Positions 47,657 through 56,756 of a DNA stretch of 64,000 bases are shown one piece after another; within the stretch, counting starts at the first letter, position 1; each line of letters begins with the position of its first letter. The position numbers and the translations under genes were made by a program. The stretch is from a virus (Duplodnaviria; Heunggongvirae; Uroviricota; Caudoviricetes). Below the pieces are notes generated by a model. It saw only the letters and a list, made by a program, of their open reading frames with translations. It did not search any database and was not told where the DNA came from. The stretch lies in the IMG/VR virus record IMGVR_UViG_2974563859_000001. The stretch is one strand, 5' to 3'.

Positions 47657-47700
47657 AATAAATATAAAGGATAATAATATTATCCTTTATATTTATTTTT
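47657..47700 (-). terminator. Hairpin after RNAP exon 2
   Basis: aataaatataaaggataat / attatcctttatatttatt. Confidence 0.6.
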
Positions 47701-47707
47701 CTTCTAT

Positions 47708-47869
47708 TTAATTATTTAGAATAAAGATTCCCAAAATTTGATCTTTCTGTAGATCAAAATCTCCATTAAACCGCCCGTTATTTCTGTCTACTAAGAAATT
47801 CTGTGGTGATAATAATGAGAAATGTTCTTTCATCTTATTATCAAATACTGGAATGATATTCAATACGTC
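47708..47869 (-). CDS. rpoC: nvRNAP beta-prime N subunit, exon 2 (53 aa, DVLNIIPVFD...IFILNN)
   Basis: Follows the intron-terminal G at 47870; completes DYDG|D; missing from ORF track. Confidence 0.9.
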   Translation of the reverse strand, partial: DVLNIIPVFDNKMKEHFSLLSPQNFLVDRNNGRFNGDFDLQKDQILGIFILNN

Positions 47870-48766
47870 CATTTAGTTTATATAAGAGCGCAACCTCTCA
47901 TACCATTGGGCTAACATTTCTGTTAGAATCAGACTATATCTTAACTATTAATTCTATTACCAAATTAATAGTTCCTCCCTTTTCCATTTAAAGCTTTCGC
48001 TACCTCATTAGCTTAGGCTGTACTCTACTCACTTCCAGATACCGTATTTCTCGAATATCCGTGTTTTCGATAGTCGTTGAACCTTACTATACATTGCTCC
48101 ACTTAAATGTATTTAAAACCATAGCCTTTATAGGAATTTCTTTGACCTCTAGCTACTCTTGCTATTGCATCTATTTTACAGTCAAATTCTTTAGCAACCT
48201 CTTTTACACTTTTATAGGTACTAATTATTTCCCCTGTAGTTAGATCTAACTTAGCTATAGGTTTATATTTTGCTTTAGTAGCATTATTGATATTTCCTAA
48301 ACCAGTTTTTTGTCTGTGATTACAGTTTTCTTTTGTAGTAGACCATTCTAGATTAGATACACAATTATTAGTTTTTATACCATCTTTATGATTTACTTCT
48401 GGTTTATTTTCTGAATTCTCAATAAATGCTTCTGCTACTAATCTGTGTATTTTTTTGTAATAACGTTTTTTATCCCTATATAATGTGACTACAAGATAAC
48501 CTTTTCCATTATTTGTGGAGGAAAGAATTTTTTCGTCTATTATTCGAATACTGTTTAGTTTTCCACTAACTTCTCGTTTAAGTGATTTCACTAAACCTGT
48601 ATTACTTATTTCATATAGACCTTCAAATCCTATTATTTCTTTCCATATTAGTTCCATTCTAATTAGCTTCTTTCAGAGCAATGTATAGTCTTGGCTGCTG
48701 GTTGGCATATCTTAAATGACTTAGCTTCCCAGACAATTAAAGAGGTTTAAAGACGGCAATCGCCTT
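47870..48766 (-). mobile_element. Group I self-splicing intron, 897 nt
   Basis: P1 GACGGU/GCCGUC with U-G at the 5' splice site; Q-like CCAGCAGCC; R UCAACGACUA; S AAGAUAUAGUC; omega G. Confidence 0.9.
48103..48657 (-). CDS. Intron-encoded HNH homing endonuclease (NUMOD4-HNH-NUMOD1), 184 aa
   Basis: WKEIIGFEGLYEISNTG, IHRLVAEAF, VNHKDGIKTNN..NLEW..EN. Confidence 0.9.
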   Translation of the reverse strand: MELIWKEIIGFEGLYEISNTGLVKSLKREVSGKLNSIRIIDEKILSSTNNGKGYLVVTLYRDKKRYYKKIHRLVAEAFIENSENKPEVNHKDGIKTNNCVSNLEWSTTKENCNHRQKTGLGNINNATKAKYKPIAKLDLTTGEIISTYKSVKEVAKEFDCKIDAIARVARGQRNSYKGYGFKYI

Positions 48767-49885
48767 ACCGTCATAGTCGCCTGATAATGCAGACAATAAG
48801 TTATTACTAATTCCCAGTGTTAAGTCTTTATAATCTTTTTTAATAAGACCAATCTTTAGGTATAAAATACTACCAATACTAATAGTAGGGTTACGGTTAA
48901 GTAAAAATGTACAACCACCTTTAGTTTTTGTAATTAGTTCTTCCATATAGTTATATAACTCTTGATTAAATCCTAGTATGCCTTTTTCCCAAAATTTTAG
49001 TGCTTCATTATAATTTATACCTTTTACTTTACTGATAAGATTGATAAGCTGAAACTTATAAAGTTCTGCGAACGTTTTATAAGGCATAGCAACTTCATCA
49101 ATAGGATGACCAATTAATGGTGTAATAACATTTCTGGCACTAAAATTGATTCTAGAACCCATAATATTCTTTCTTAGAAATCCTTTTTTACCTCGAAGGT
49201 ATTCACTAATAATTCTTGTTAGGATATTATTGGCATAGAATTGCATATTATAAAGTAATGGTAATAATAGTAAATCAATGCTGTCATCAGATACTACACC
49301 CTCATTAATCTGGTTTATGTACTCAATAACAAAGTTGTAGTAATTATTAATCTCATCAAATGCCAATACTTTTCCTTTACTCCCAGTTAATAATGTAGCT
49401 GGTCTAAGCTTGTGTGAAAATACTGGTAGTTTATTAATAAAAATCTTATCATGATTTTCAATTAAGAAATCATATTCTTTTTGATATTTCTTTTTATCAG
49501 TGTATTTTTCAAGGAGATCATCAAAATTATCCTTAAACTTTACTAACCCGATATAATCATCTTCCCCAATTTCTTCTGTTAGATCAATATTCTCACCGTT
49601 TTGATCAATAGACTGTTGGTAGTTAATAATTTTATTAATACTTGGAATACATTTTTTGATGATAGTAAATAAGATTGGGTTGATAATATAATAAGGTTCA
49701 ATATTAATCCATCCAATAGTATCTATATCCTTATCATCATCGTCTTCATTATAACTACCAAATATCCTTTCTGAGTAAATACCATCATCAGAGAATTCAT
49801 GATTTTCAATTGGATTAGCTCTTGTAATTAAATTCTCCTCATTGTAAATCTCATTAAAATCGATTAAGGATAGTTTCTTCCCCAT
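48767..49885 (-). CDS. rpoC: nvRNAP beta-prime N subunit (AR9 gp270-like), exon 1 (373 aa); spliced product 426 aa
   Basis: GIYSERIFG, GKKGFLRKNIMGSRINFSARNVI, NRNPTI, SGDYDG; the track tail KAIAVFKPL is intron read-in. Confidence 0.9.
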
Positions 49886-49978
49886 ATTCTGTTTTCCCCC
49901 TATTTTATCTTTCTAATACACTTGAAAATTTTCTTTTTTTTTAAATCTAAAATACACTATCTCTATTATAACTGTTTT

Positions 49979-50017
49979 CTATTCTCTGCGCAAGTAAAAT
50001 TTTTTAAATTTTGCCAA
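49979..50017 (-). CDS. Micro-ORF MAKFKKFYLRRE (12 aa)
   Basis: GGGGAG plus 7-nt spacer, TTG; first cistron after early box 50054-66. Confidence 0.4.
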   Translation of the reverse strand: MAKFKKFYLRRE

Positions 50018-50053
50018 CAATCTTCTCCCCTTTCTAAAACTATAATCATAAAA

Positions 50054-50066
50054 ATAATATATATTT
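50054..50066 (-). promoter_or_regulatory. Early promoter box
   Basis: Exact motif upstream of the nvRNAP subunit. Confidence 0.75.
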
Positions 50067-50080
50067 AATTTTTATAATAG

Positions 50081-50115
50081 AATAAGCAAAGACTTTCTTA
50101 TAGTCTTTGCTTATT
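50081..50115 (-). terminator. Terminator of the tail operon
   Basis: aataagcaaagact/agtctttgcttatt. Confidence 0.7.
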
Positions 50116-51325
50116 TAAATAATTGCTTCGCTGTAGAATCATTTATAATCCCATCAGCTTTCATTCCCTTAGATGATTGAAATTTAATAACTGCTTGCAT
50201 AGTAGTCTCATCAAACCATCCGGTAGGTTCTAATATATAGCCTAAGTCATTTAAACGTTGCTGTACTAAACGAACATCATCACCAAATAACATAGGAGTA
50301 GTATACATAAGTGTCCTTTTTATAAAAGTAAAACTTGTGTCAGTAATTTGACTCCATGTAATTGGTCCAACTTTTCCATCTACAGTTAATGAATGTGATT
50401 CCTGAAAATTTTTAACCGCAGATTCAGTACTACTATCATAAAAACCATTAGAGTTACATTCATAACCTAAAAGCTGTAATCTATTCTGTAATCGCTTAAT
50501 ATCATTTCCATATAACTGATTATTGTTATCAAAGTATAATATTCTAGAAAAGGTCATTCTATTTTCAAAAAATTTTAATGATAATTTCTTTATAAGACTA
50601 AAAGTCTCGTCATTAACTATTCCATCTGGAATTAAGTTATAGCTTTTTTGGAAATTAAGTACTGCTAACATGGTAGTATTGTCAAAATATCCATTAGTAT
50701 CACAGTTGAATCCAAATAGATTTAACATTGTTTGTAATTCTGTTACATCATTACCAGTGACAGGTTTTTTTGAATCAAAGTATAGTGTTCTGTTACCAAA
50801 TGCATATCTCAATAACCCATTAGGTGCTTTTCTTACAGGCTCAATTGACACATTAAGTACATTGGCTATAATCTCATTCAATGGAAAGAATATTCCTGGA
50901 TTGCTTTTATCAGTAAGAATCTCATCTAAAGCGTATATAGTTTTTAGAGTAGAATTATTATTTCTTAAGTATTGTATGAGTAAAACAATTGAATTCTTTT
51001 GTATAGTTGGCATTAATTCGGATGTATAATCACCTTCTACGCAAATTCCAATACTATTTCTATTGAAGTCCATTCCTGTTTGATCATCATGAGCAAATTC
51101 GCCAATTGTATCTAAAGATCTTCCTCTAAAAATAACACCTTCTTTTGAGATAAAAAAATGACCTCTAAACATAGTCTTTCCATTCTCATATTTATCTTCT
51201 CTATCTAAATCATAAATGGAACAACCCGATCTTTCAGAACTAAAAAGAATGAGGAACAGTGGTCTGTTCCCCTTTCTTGGCTCTCCATTAGGAGTTAGAT
51301 ATGTCTCTATGATATTTAATGACAT
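50111..51325 (-). CDS. Amidase_2/PGRP-fold protein with ~3-4 PG-binding domains, probably catalytically inactive, 404 aa
   Basis: GHFFISKEG.IFRGR, NSIGICVEGDY; GxDVxxLQxxL...DG.V repeats; Zn ligands replaced. Confidence 0.75.
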   Translation of the reverse strand: MSLNIIETYLTPNGEPRKGNRPLFLILFSSERSGCSIYDLDREDKYENGKTMFRGHFFISKEGVIFRGRSLDTIGEFAHDDQTGMDFNRNSIGICVEGDYTSELMPTIQKNSIVLLIQYLRNNNSTLKTIYALDEILTDKSNPGIFFPLNEIIANVLNVSIEPVRKAPNGLLRYAFGNRTLYFDSKKPVTGNDVTELQTMLNLFGFNCDTNGYFDNTTMLAVLNFQKSYNLIPDGIVNDETFSLIKKLSLKFFENRMTFSRILYFDNNNQLYGNDIKRLQNRLQLLGYECNSNGFYDSSTESAVKNFQESHSLTVDGKVGPITWSQITDTSFTFIKRTLMYTTPMLFGDDVRLVQQRLNDLGYILEPTGWFDETTMQAVIKFQSSKGMKADGIINDSTAKQLFK

Positions 51326-51331
51326 ATTATC

Positions 51332-51874
51332 CTAACCTTCCTTTTTGTAGGTATTATAAAGAGATGTTATAATATTAAATTCATTATCAACATAAGCTAA
51401 ATCACCTATATCATCTATTGCTTTTTTAGCATCAACTTCATAATCATCCATCCAACCAACTTGAAGGTCATTGGCTTTTTCTAAATTAAGAATTATTTTC
51501 TTAATTCTTTCAATTTTCTTTGCAGTACCTTTATCTAGTTGGTCAAGATATTTTATTTTTAAAAGTATCTTTTTACCAAACTCATAGGTTTTATTTTGAG
51601 CCTCAACTGCATCCTCAAAATCCCCTTTTAAGAATGTTTCAATATCTTCTAATAAGTTAAGAATAACATCTGTTTGTTCATCAACGTCATGTTTTAATTC
51701 ATTAATATCTTCAAGTTTGTCTTCTATTTCTTTAGTTTTACTAACAATTATACCATTCTTATTGGCAGATATATGACCATCAAATCGATTCATTATCAAC
51801 TGTCCGGGCTGAGAGTCTTTTGCAAATTCTTCAGAAAGAGGTTGATATGCGAATCTTCCATTATAAGCCATCAA
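51332..51874 (-). CDS. Tail-fibre-associated coiled-coil protein, 180 aa
   Basis: GHIS...SKTKEIE domain plus heptads. Confidence 0.55.
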   Translation of the reverse strand: MMAYNGRFAYQPLSEEFAKDSQPGQLIMNRFDGHISANKNGIIVSKTKEIEDKLEDINELKHDVDEQTDVILNLLEDIETFLKGDFEDAVEAQNKTYEFGKKILLKIKYLDQLDKGTAKKIERIKKIILNLEKANDLQVGWMDDYEVDAKKAIDDIGDLAYVDNEFNIITSLYNTYKKEG

Positions 51875-52407
51875 TATCCACCTCCAATTTGATCTAAACC
51901 AGATTTGTTACTTATTTTTTGATTAGTTATATCATTAGCCAAGAATTTCATTTCATCTATAGTTGCTTTTAGTTTAAGAATATCTTTCAGATTATCAACT
52001 ATAGGATCAAGAAAAGGACGAATTTCTTTATATTGAAAATCCTTCAATTCTTTACAAAAATTATCTATTAGTGTCATTAAACTCTCAACATCTGCATCTA
52101 ATTCTGTTAAACTGACATATAATTCTTCTGCCCTATCTCTAACCTTTTTAGTATCATCTTTTAATACATCTATAGAGTTTAGTAATCTTTCAATTTCTTC
52201 AGCTAATTCAATAAACTTTTTAACAAGCTTATTTTTATAACTGAGGAGGGCATTTGCCCTAGCCTCAAGTTCTTTTGTTTTACTTTTATACTTACCATTA
52301 TGCTTAATTGTTACATGCCCAGTCTTCTTATCAAGAATGATTTCTCCTTCTTTAGCATTAAACATATTTTTCTCAAGCAATGGTCTTATTACAATTCTCC
52401 AATCCAT
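51871..52407 (-). CDS. Tail-fibre-associated coiled-coil protein, 178 aa
   Basis: TGHVT...SKTKELE domain plus heptads. Confidence 0.55.
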   Translation of the reverse strand: MDWRIVIRPLLEKNMFNAKEGEIILDKKTGHVTIKHNGKYKSKTKELEARANALLSYKNKLVKKFIELAEEIERLLNSIDVLKDDTKKVRDRAEELYVSLTELDADVESLMTLIDNFCKELKDFQYKEIRPFLDPIVDNLKDILKLKATIDEMKFLANDITNQKISNKSGLDQIGGGY

Positions 52408-52421
52408 TGATTATCACCCAA

Positions 52422-55400
52422 TCAAGTGTTATTTTTATACCAAATTGTCTCACCAATAAGGCTTGAGTTGTTCTGAAGACCATCCATTATTTGAAGAGCT
52501 AATTCTGTCTTTCCAGTGGTAGTATTTCTAAGTTCTTCAATTCTAACTCGTATACCACTAGTAACAGTACCGATTTCTTCTAATGAATTTTTAAATTGAT
52601 CGATAACGCTTAAATCAGTAAAGTCTAAATAAGATAAGATGGATTTAATTGTATTTACATCATTTTCAATTTCATAATTTCTTTTTTGTAGATCAGTTAC
52701 TTTTTCCCTTAATACATCTTTCATAATTTTAAGGTCATTGATTCTCTGTTCATTATTTTGCAGAGAGATATCAATTGCAACTGCTCTTTTTTCTGACAAT
52801 GCTAGTAATTCCTCTAATTCCTTAGTTTTACTAATTAGATATCCATCATCATAAATTGAAATATGTCCTGTATCACGATCAACTACCATCTCACCATCAA
52901 TTGCCTTTACTTTGTTTTGTTCAGTTAATGGTTCTAAGCTGATTCTTAGCGGTCCAATTGGTTCTGGTATCTTATCAATAATTGTAAATACTACATATGA
53001 AGTGGCTCTTAGACCATTAATCTTCTTAATTGCTGTTACTGATAATTGATAACTATTAGGATCATTTAACAGAGTACCTAATTTAAATGATCTACCGTTA
53101 AGTTTAGCTTCAAATTCATTATCTTCTTTATAAGATGGATTATCCTCATAAGAATCAATATCTGGTCTTGCTGATTCTTGAATAACTTCAGGTAATACAC
53201 CGACAATTTTTGGAGGTTCAGGAGGAACTGAATCTAATGTAAATTTAACTATAGTTGTAGCAGTTAAACCATTAAGACGTTTTTTAGCAGTAACAACTAA
53301 AGTATAATCTCTTATCTCAGCTACTTCATTATATATTGGGCTCCCAATTTCATATGGTTCTCCATTTAAGGTTGCAGTAAAATCGACACCATAAACATAC
53401 TGGACAGTTGGTGAAACTGTTAAATATGTTGATACACCTTCTTTAAAGCCCATAACAACAGGTGGTTCTGGTGGTAATTTATCAATATTTGTTATTGCTT
53501 TAGTGTCTTCAACAAAATAACCATTAGGATCTTTGTATCTAGCATGAATAATACAGTTATCAGTTACATCAAACGGCTCACTATATGATTGCCATTCTTC
53601 AGCACTATCAATTTTATATTCAAATTCTGAGCCATAATTTGGATACCTAATTGTAATAGTATCCTTAATACTCGGTATATACTCTGGGTCTGCTAATATT
53701 AATGGTTTTTGTTCTTCATCAGGATTAAATACGATAAAATTAACATCAGACATTGAAACCATAAAATTAGATTTCTTTCTCCGAACAACAAGTAAATTAT
53801 AATCTCCTGAATCTATAATAGGTGTTCCCATAACATATGGAAGACCATTTAAATATGCATCCTCATTTTCATTACCATCAACATCGAGATCATTTGTTAA
53901 CGAAAATGTAAGAGATATTTCAATTTTATTTTCAGGATAGTTTGGATCGGTAGCTGTTACAACTAATCTATATGCGCCCTTGTCTCTAATTGTATCTTCA
54001 CGTTTAAAAGAACTTAGAAGGGTTCCATTTAAATATAATTTATGCTCATACTTTAACCCTGCAAAAATATCCCAAGTAGGTTGAACTGCCACATCTTTTC
54101 CTCTAAAGACTTGTCCTTCTTCAATAATAGAGCCTGTTAATTTATTCTTGATAATAAGCTCTTTTCCAGTTATATCAATAGATCCCGGCATTAACTTAAA
54201 GTTTCTAACTACCATTTTATAATTTGTCGGAAAGTTATGATCTGAAATTTTAACTTCTACTACATAATCTCCGTATTCAGTTAGAATATCTTCATCATCT
54301 GTTGGATCATATGACCGTCTAGTACCATTATAAGTAATCCATGACTCATAATCTAGATTAGATGGAAGCTGTCCTGTATACCAAAATGGTTTAACTTGAA
54401 TCCCTTTATAGACATCGTTATTTTGAATAGGTATATCTGTAATAGCGTTAACAATTACAAGAGCAATTTCATTCATATCAACTTTTTTATCAACAATTGA
54501 GAAGTGTCTCACTACAGTTGTAGTGTTGGTAGGATTATCTATCTCTGTGATAATCAATTCTAACTCATAGTCACCCTTATTTGATAACACTGTGAGATCT
54601 TTCATAAAATCAAAATCTTCTCCATCATATCGCAATGTATAATCTACATCACAATCTTCTGGCTCATCCCAAGTTGGTAATACTAATTCATCTTCGAAGA
54701 TTCGTCCTTCATTGATTTCAGTCTCATCAAAATCATTATAAATTTCAATATCAAGATTAGTGTTAATTGGAGCTATAATAAAATTACGAATAAAAGTCTT
54801 ATTCTCTCCAGCACCATTTTCTAAGACAACAGTAATAGAATAATTACCATAATCTGTATAAACATCATTATTTGGTGTAAAAGGAACTGTAGATTCATCT
54901 CGCTCTAATGTATAACTTATTATAGTACAATCCGCTGGAATTGGTTGCCAATATGGTTTAACTTCTTGATCTTTAAATATTTTTCCTTCAGAAATGATAG
55001 TGTTTGGTGCTTGAGGAAGATTTACATCAATAAATTCCATTTCATAAGTATCAAGATCAGTTATCTTTTCTATAATCTCGAAATTTACACTAATTTCCTT
55101 TTTATTATCTGGGTAATTCTTATCAGTCAGATTAAATTTAATTGTATATTGACCGATATTAGTTAATGTATCACCCTTTTTATATGAAATTAAACTATTA
55201 TTATACGTAACAGTTATTCCATATGTTATATTAGAATCTTCTTTCCAAGTTGGTTGAACTTTAGCCTCAAATTGAGATCCTTCACTAATAGGTTTAGTAG
55301 TAATTGCATCTCTGAGATCTAAGACAAGATCATTCCAATCTTCAGGAGCGGCAATAACTTCAAAGTTTATAATACCTGTAGCTTGGTTGTCTGGATAATT

Positions 55401-56738
55401 CTTATCAGTAATAAGATAGCTAACTTGATAAAGACCGGCTTGACTATAGGTATTAGATTTAACTAAAGATCCCTTGGGAGTACTATTAACATTGTAGTTA
55501 ACAGTAATATTTGTACCATCTATTTCTTCCCAATAAGGTTGAAATTTACCAACAAATTTAGAGCCTTCAACTATTTGAGAGGATGTTAATAAATCCTTCA
55601 GAGTAAAGCTAATATTATCTAAATCTTTTTTAGGAGGAAGTACATAGAATGTAAATTCATTCGAATCTCTAGTATTAGTCGGATAAGCTTTATCTTTTGC
55701 TGTAATAATAGCTGAATATTTACCATTTTCAGATAAAGATTGAAGCCTACTGTAAGGTATTTCAATTCCATCTTTTTTTAATTTAATAGTATAAGCAATA
55801 GAACTATCATCTGCATTCCAATCTAACTTAACTGAATTTGAAAATCTATTTTCAGTTGTAATATTAATATTAGTATTTTTATCAATAAGTGTAAATTTTA
55901 TACCACTTAAATCTTTAGGAGATGAACCTTCAAAAGCAAGAACATAAACTCCATCTGTATCTTGGTGGGAGATAGTAGAGTTGGAGTCCAAGTTAAGTGC
56001 TGGTGCAACACCAATTGTATCGTTATCCGCAACAGACTGAGCAAATGCGCCATTTATGTTAATACGATACACAATATGACCAAAATCAGGATAAGCAGAA
56101 CGTAACCAGTAATAATAGTTTGAACTAGAATTTAATGATGAATGCTGATATTTACTTTGTGTAACGGCTTCATCAGTTGGTTTAAGAATACGATTAGATG
56201 AAGAATTTAAATATGGAATTGTTGTTCCTTCTTTTCCACTTGAGCCTGCTAATCCCATTTCTGTCATACTAAATAGGAATACATTATCTTGAACAGTCTC
56301 TACTCCACCACCGTCAACTGATGGAACAATTGTTTTCAAATCAGTCTTTAAAATTCTATTTGCAAAATCACTACTAAAATTAGTTAAGAATCCATCTTCT
56401 GTATCATAGCTATTTCCATTAGAACCAGAAGAAGGAGGTGTATCAGAAGAATTAGTTGCTGTGAACCAAGGTGATGGTTTTGTTGAATTCAACCATTGAC
56501 GCATATTGGAATAAAGCCATCTGTTGTTTCCTGATGTTTGCCTATTTGTATTACTATTACTAGGTTCCTTAGCATCAAATGTCTTAATAGAGATGATATT
56601 ATTAGTCATCAAAGTAGCACTATTTGCTGGATAACCTGCTAAATCTTTACCAACCAATTTCCAAACAATTGGTTTTCCATTATATTTAGTATTAGGATCC
56701 TTTACTAAGGATCCTAACGGTAAGTCTTTAATTATCAT
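52422..56738 (-). CDS. Receptor-binding fibre: DUF6273-like N-domain, about ten Ig-like modules, SKTKELE domain and coiled coil, 1438 aa
   Basis: VWKLVG, SNMRQWLN, VFLFS, WLRS...GVAPAL; ~88-aa P.W...Y...G.Y.+.+ repeats. Confidence 0.7.
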   Translation of the reverse strand: MIIKDLPLGSLVKDPNTKYNGKPIVWKLVGKDLAGYPANSATLMTNNIISIKTFDAKEPSNSNTNRQTSGNNRWLYSNMRQWLNSTKPSPWFTATNSSDTPPSSGSNGNSYDTEDGFLTNFSSDFANRILKTDLKTIVPSVDGGGVETVQDNVFLFSMTEMGLAGSSGKEGTTIPYLNSSSNRILKPTDEAVTQSKYQHSSLNSSSNYYYWLRSAYPDFGHIVYRININGAFAQSVADNDTIGVAPALNLDSNSTISHQDTDGVYVLAFEGSSPKDLSGIKFTLIDKNTNINITTENRFSNSVKLDWNADDSSIAYTIKLKKDGIEIPYSRLQSLSENGKYSAIITAKDKAYPTNTRDSNEFTFYVLPPKKDLDNISFTLKDLLTSSQIVEGSKFVGKFQPYWEEIDGTNITVNYNVNSTPKGSLVKSNTYSQAGLYQVSYLITDKNYPDNQATGIINFEVIAAPEDWNDLVLDLRDAITTKPISEGSQFEAKVQPTWKEDSNITYGITVTYNNSLISYKKGDTLTNIGQYTIKFNLTDKNYPDNKKEISVNFEIIEKITDLDTYEMEFIDVNLPQAPNTIISEGKIFKDQEVKPYWQPIPADCTIISYTLERDESTVPFTPNNDVYTDYGNYSITVVLENGAGENKTFIRNFIIAPINTNLDIEIYNDFDETEINEGRIFEDELVLPTWDEPEDCDVDYTLRYDGEDFDFMKDLTVLSNKGDYELELIITEIDNPTNTTTVVRHFSIVDKKVDMNEIALVIVNAITDIPIQNNDVYKGIQVKPFWYTGQLPSNLDYESWITYNGTRRSYDPTDDEDILTEYGDYVVEVKISDHNFPTNYKMVVRNFKLMPGSIDITGKELIIKNKLTGSIIEEGQVFRGKDVAVQPTWDIFAGLKYEHKLYLNGTLLSSFKREDTIRDKGAYRLVVTATDPNYPENKIEISLTFSLTNDLDVDGNENEDAYLNGLPYVMGTPIIDSGDYNLLVVRRKKSNFMVSMSDVNFIVFNPDEEQKPLILADPEYIPSIKDTITIRYPNYGSEFEYKIDSAEEWQSYSEPFDVTDNCIIHARYKDPNGYFVEDTKAITNIDKLPPEPPVVMGFKEGVSTYLTVSPTVQYVYGVDFTATLNGEPYEIGSPIYNEVAEIRDYTLVVTAKKRLNGLTATTIVKFTLDSVPPEPPKIVGVLPEVIQESARPDIDSYEDNPSYKEDNEFEAKLNGRSFKLGTLLNDPNSYQLSVTAIKKINGLRATSYVVFTIIDKIPEPIGPLRISLEPLTEQNKVKAIDGEMVVDRDTGHISIYDDGYLISKTKELEELLALSEKRAVAIDISLQNNEQRINDLKIMKDVLREKVTDLQKRNYEIENDVNTIKSILSYLDFTDLSVIDQFKNSLEEIGTVTSGIRVRIEELRNTTTGKTELALQIMDGLQNNSSLIGETIWYKNNT

Positions 56739-56756
56739 AATTTCACTCCCTTATTA

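Noticed and set aside
49914-50049. 45-aa ORF MIIVLERGEDCW... in the RNAP leader
   Set aside because: It would be nearly leaderless with no RBS; the RBS present fits the 12-aa ORF. Not fully excluded
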